Source: a virus
Taxonomy: Duplodnaviria > Heunggongvirae > Uroviricota > Caudoviricetes
Virus record (IMG/VR): IMGVR_UViG_2657245448_000017
DNA: 15,950 bases
Direction: 5' to 3' (one strand)
Part shown: positions 14,828-15,950 of the stretch, in pieces
Layout of the letters: every line of letters begins with the position of its first letter
Position numbering within the stretch: the stretch's first letter is position 1
Notes under the pieces: generated by a model
What the model was told of the DNA's origin: nothing
Seen by the model: only the letters and a program-made list of their open reading frames with translations
Databases searched by the model: none
Position numbers and translations under genes: made by a program

Positions 14828-15950
14828 ACCTCGAAAACACAACGTGACCATTCCCGGATTGTCATGTTTCCTGGATTCGAGGACCAACAAGGTGTACTGG
14901 AGGTATAAGCACCCTGTAACTGGTAAATTTCATGGATTAGGAACAGATGAGCAAGTTGCTAAAGAAATAGCTGTGGAAGCAAATAGCCGGCTCGCAGAAA
15001 GACAAATGCGGCACACTTTTAAAATCAGAGAAGAACTTAATAAACGGTGTGGGCTTTCTACAACGGTAAGCGAATGGATTGTTCGGTACCGAAAGTTGCA
15101 GGACCAGCGTTACGAAACTGGAGAGATAAAACTCAATACGCTCAAGCAGAAAAACGCCCCACTTAACGTTTTCGAAAGTCATCTTGGCATGCGGTCCATC
15201 GACAGCATAACAGTTAAGGATATAGTTGGGATCCTCGATGACTACAAAAATAAAGGCCAACTACGGATGGCACAAATTGTACGCAAAGTGCTGTCGGATG
15301 TTTTTAAAGAAGCACAGCAGGTAGGAGAAGTACCGGCAGGATTTAATCCAGCTGAAGCTACAAAAAAACCGCAGGTCCGTGTCTCCAGACAACGCCTGAC
15401 GTTCGAAGAATGGCTAATGATCTATCAGGCAGCCAAAAAAGATAATTACTTTCTACAGAAAGGAATGCTGCTGGCCATCATCACAGGACAGCGGTTGGCC
15501 GATATTTGTAATATGAGGTTTTCAGATGTCAGAGATGGTCACCTCTTCGTTGAACAAAGTAAAACAGGTGCCAAAATCGCAATACCTTTAAAGTTACGTT
15601 GTAACAAGTTAAACATTTCTCTTGAAGATGTAATCTCTCAATGCCGGGACAGGATACTTAGCCCGTATTTACTACATCATCACCACGACAAAGGGAAAGG
15701 CAAAAGAGGCGGAATGGTAAAACCGGCATCTCTAACTGGTGCGTTCAGAAAAGCACGTGACTCAGTTGACTACGACTGGTCAAGCAAAGGTGCTCCCCCT
15801 TCTTTCCATGAGCAACGTTCTTTGGCTGAAAGAATATTCAGGGAGCAAGGTATCGACACACAAATTTTGTTGGGCCATAGCAGTAAAGTAATGACTGATC
15901 ACTACAACGACACGCGTGGCAAAGAATGGAAAAAACTGGTCATTTTATGA
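14820..15950 (+). CDS. int: Tyrosine integrase, lambda Int family
   Basis: 376 aa with blocks alignable by eye to lambda Int: ITGQRLADICNMRFSDV...LFVEQSKTGAKIAIP and FHEQRSLAERIF...LLGHSSKVMTDHYNDTRGKEW. Stop codon is the last three bases of the window. Confidence 0.9.
   Translation: MARPRKHNVTIPGLSCFLDSRTNKVYWRYKHPVTGKFHGLGTDEQVAKEIAVEANSRLAERQMRHTFKIREELNKRCGLSTTVSEWIVRYRKLQDQRYETGEIKLNTLKQKNAPLNVFESHLGMRSIDSITVKDIVGILDDYKNKGQLRMAQIVRKVLSDVFKEAQQVGEVPAGFNPAEATKKPQVRVSRQRLTFEEWLMIYQAAKKDNYFLQKGMLLAIITGQRLADICNMRFSDVRDGHLFVEQSKTGAKIAIPLKLRCNKLNISLEDVISQCRDRILSPYLLHHHHDKGKGKRGGMVKPASLTGAFRKARDSVDYDWSSKGAPPSFHEQRSLAERIFREQGIDTQILLGHSSKVMTDHYNDTRGKEWKKLVIL

Larger units (their letters stand above)
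1..15950. mobile_element. Segment of a lambdoid prophage: immunity region, early-right genes through Q, early-left genes through xis-int
   Basis: Gene order and content: CI/Cro-like pair with shared operators, O-like gene with iterons, RusA, Q-like gene, N-like ARM protein, overlapping xis-int with a lambda Int-like protein. Ends of the element are not in the window. Confidence 0.85.

Overview
The window is a contiguous segment of a lambdoid (lambda-like) temperate prophage, probably from an enterobacterial host, covering the immunity region and both early arms. All calls rest on reading the sequence and ORF translations by eye; no database search or folding was run, and family names come from remembered motifs. 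On the minus strand the early-right operon runs cro-like -> small ORFs -> CII-like regulator -> O-like replication initiator (with origin iterons inside the gene) -> Dam-like methyltransferase fused to an unknown C-terminal domain -> RusA -> Rha/KilAC antirepressor -> DUF968 protein -> Q-like antiterminator -> tR'-like terminator -> an AT-rich cargo gene truncated at the window edge. On the plus strand lie the CI-like repressor and, from a near-consensus PL promoter, an N-like ARM protein -> a 786-bp ORF-poor island with tRNA-like motifs -> YfdP/Q/R-like genes -> a duplicated two-gene cassette -> xis -> lambda-type int ending at the last base. The most unusual element is a single gene convergent with cI, encoding tandem TerB-like repeats plus a C-terminal BRCT domain, flanked by the same operator 8-mer (AAAGTTGT) that marks OR and OL; it is the best candidate for an undescribed prophage defence or exclusion function. 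No rRNA, CRISPR array, transposase or lysis genes were seen.
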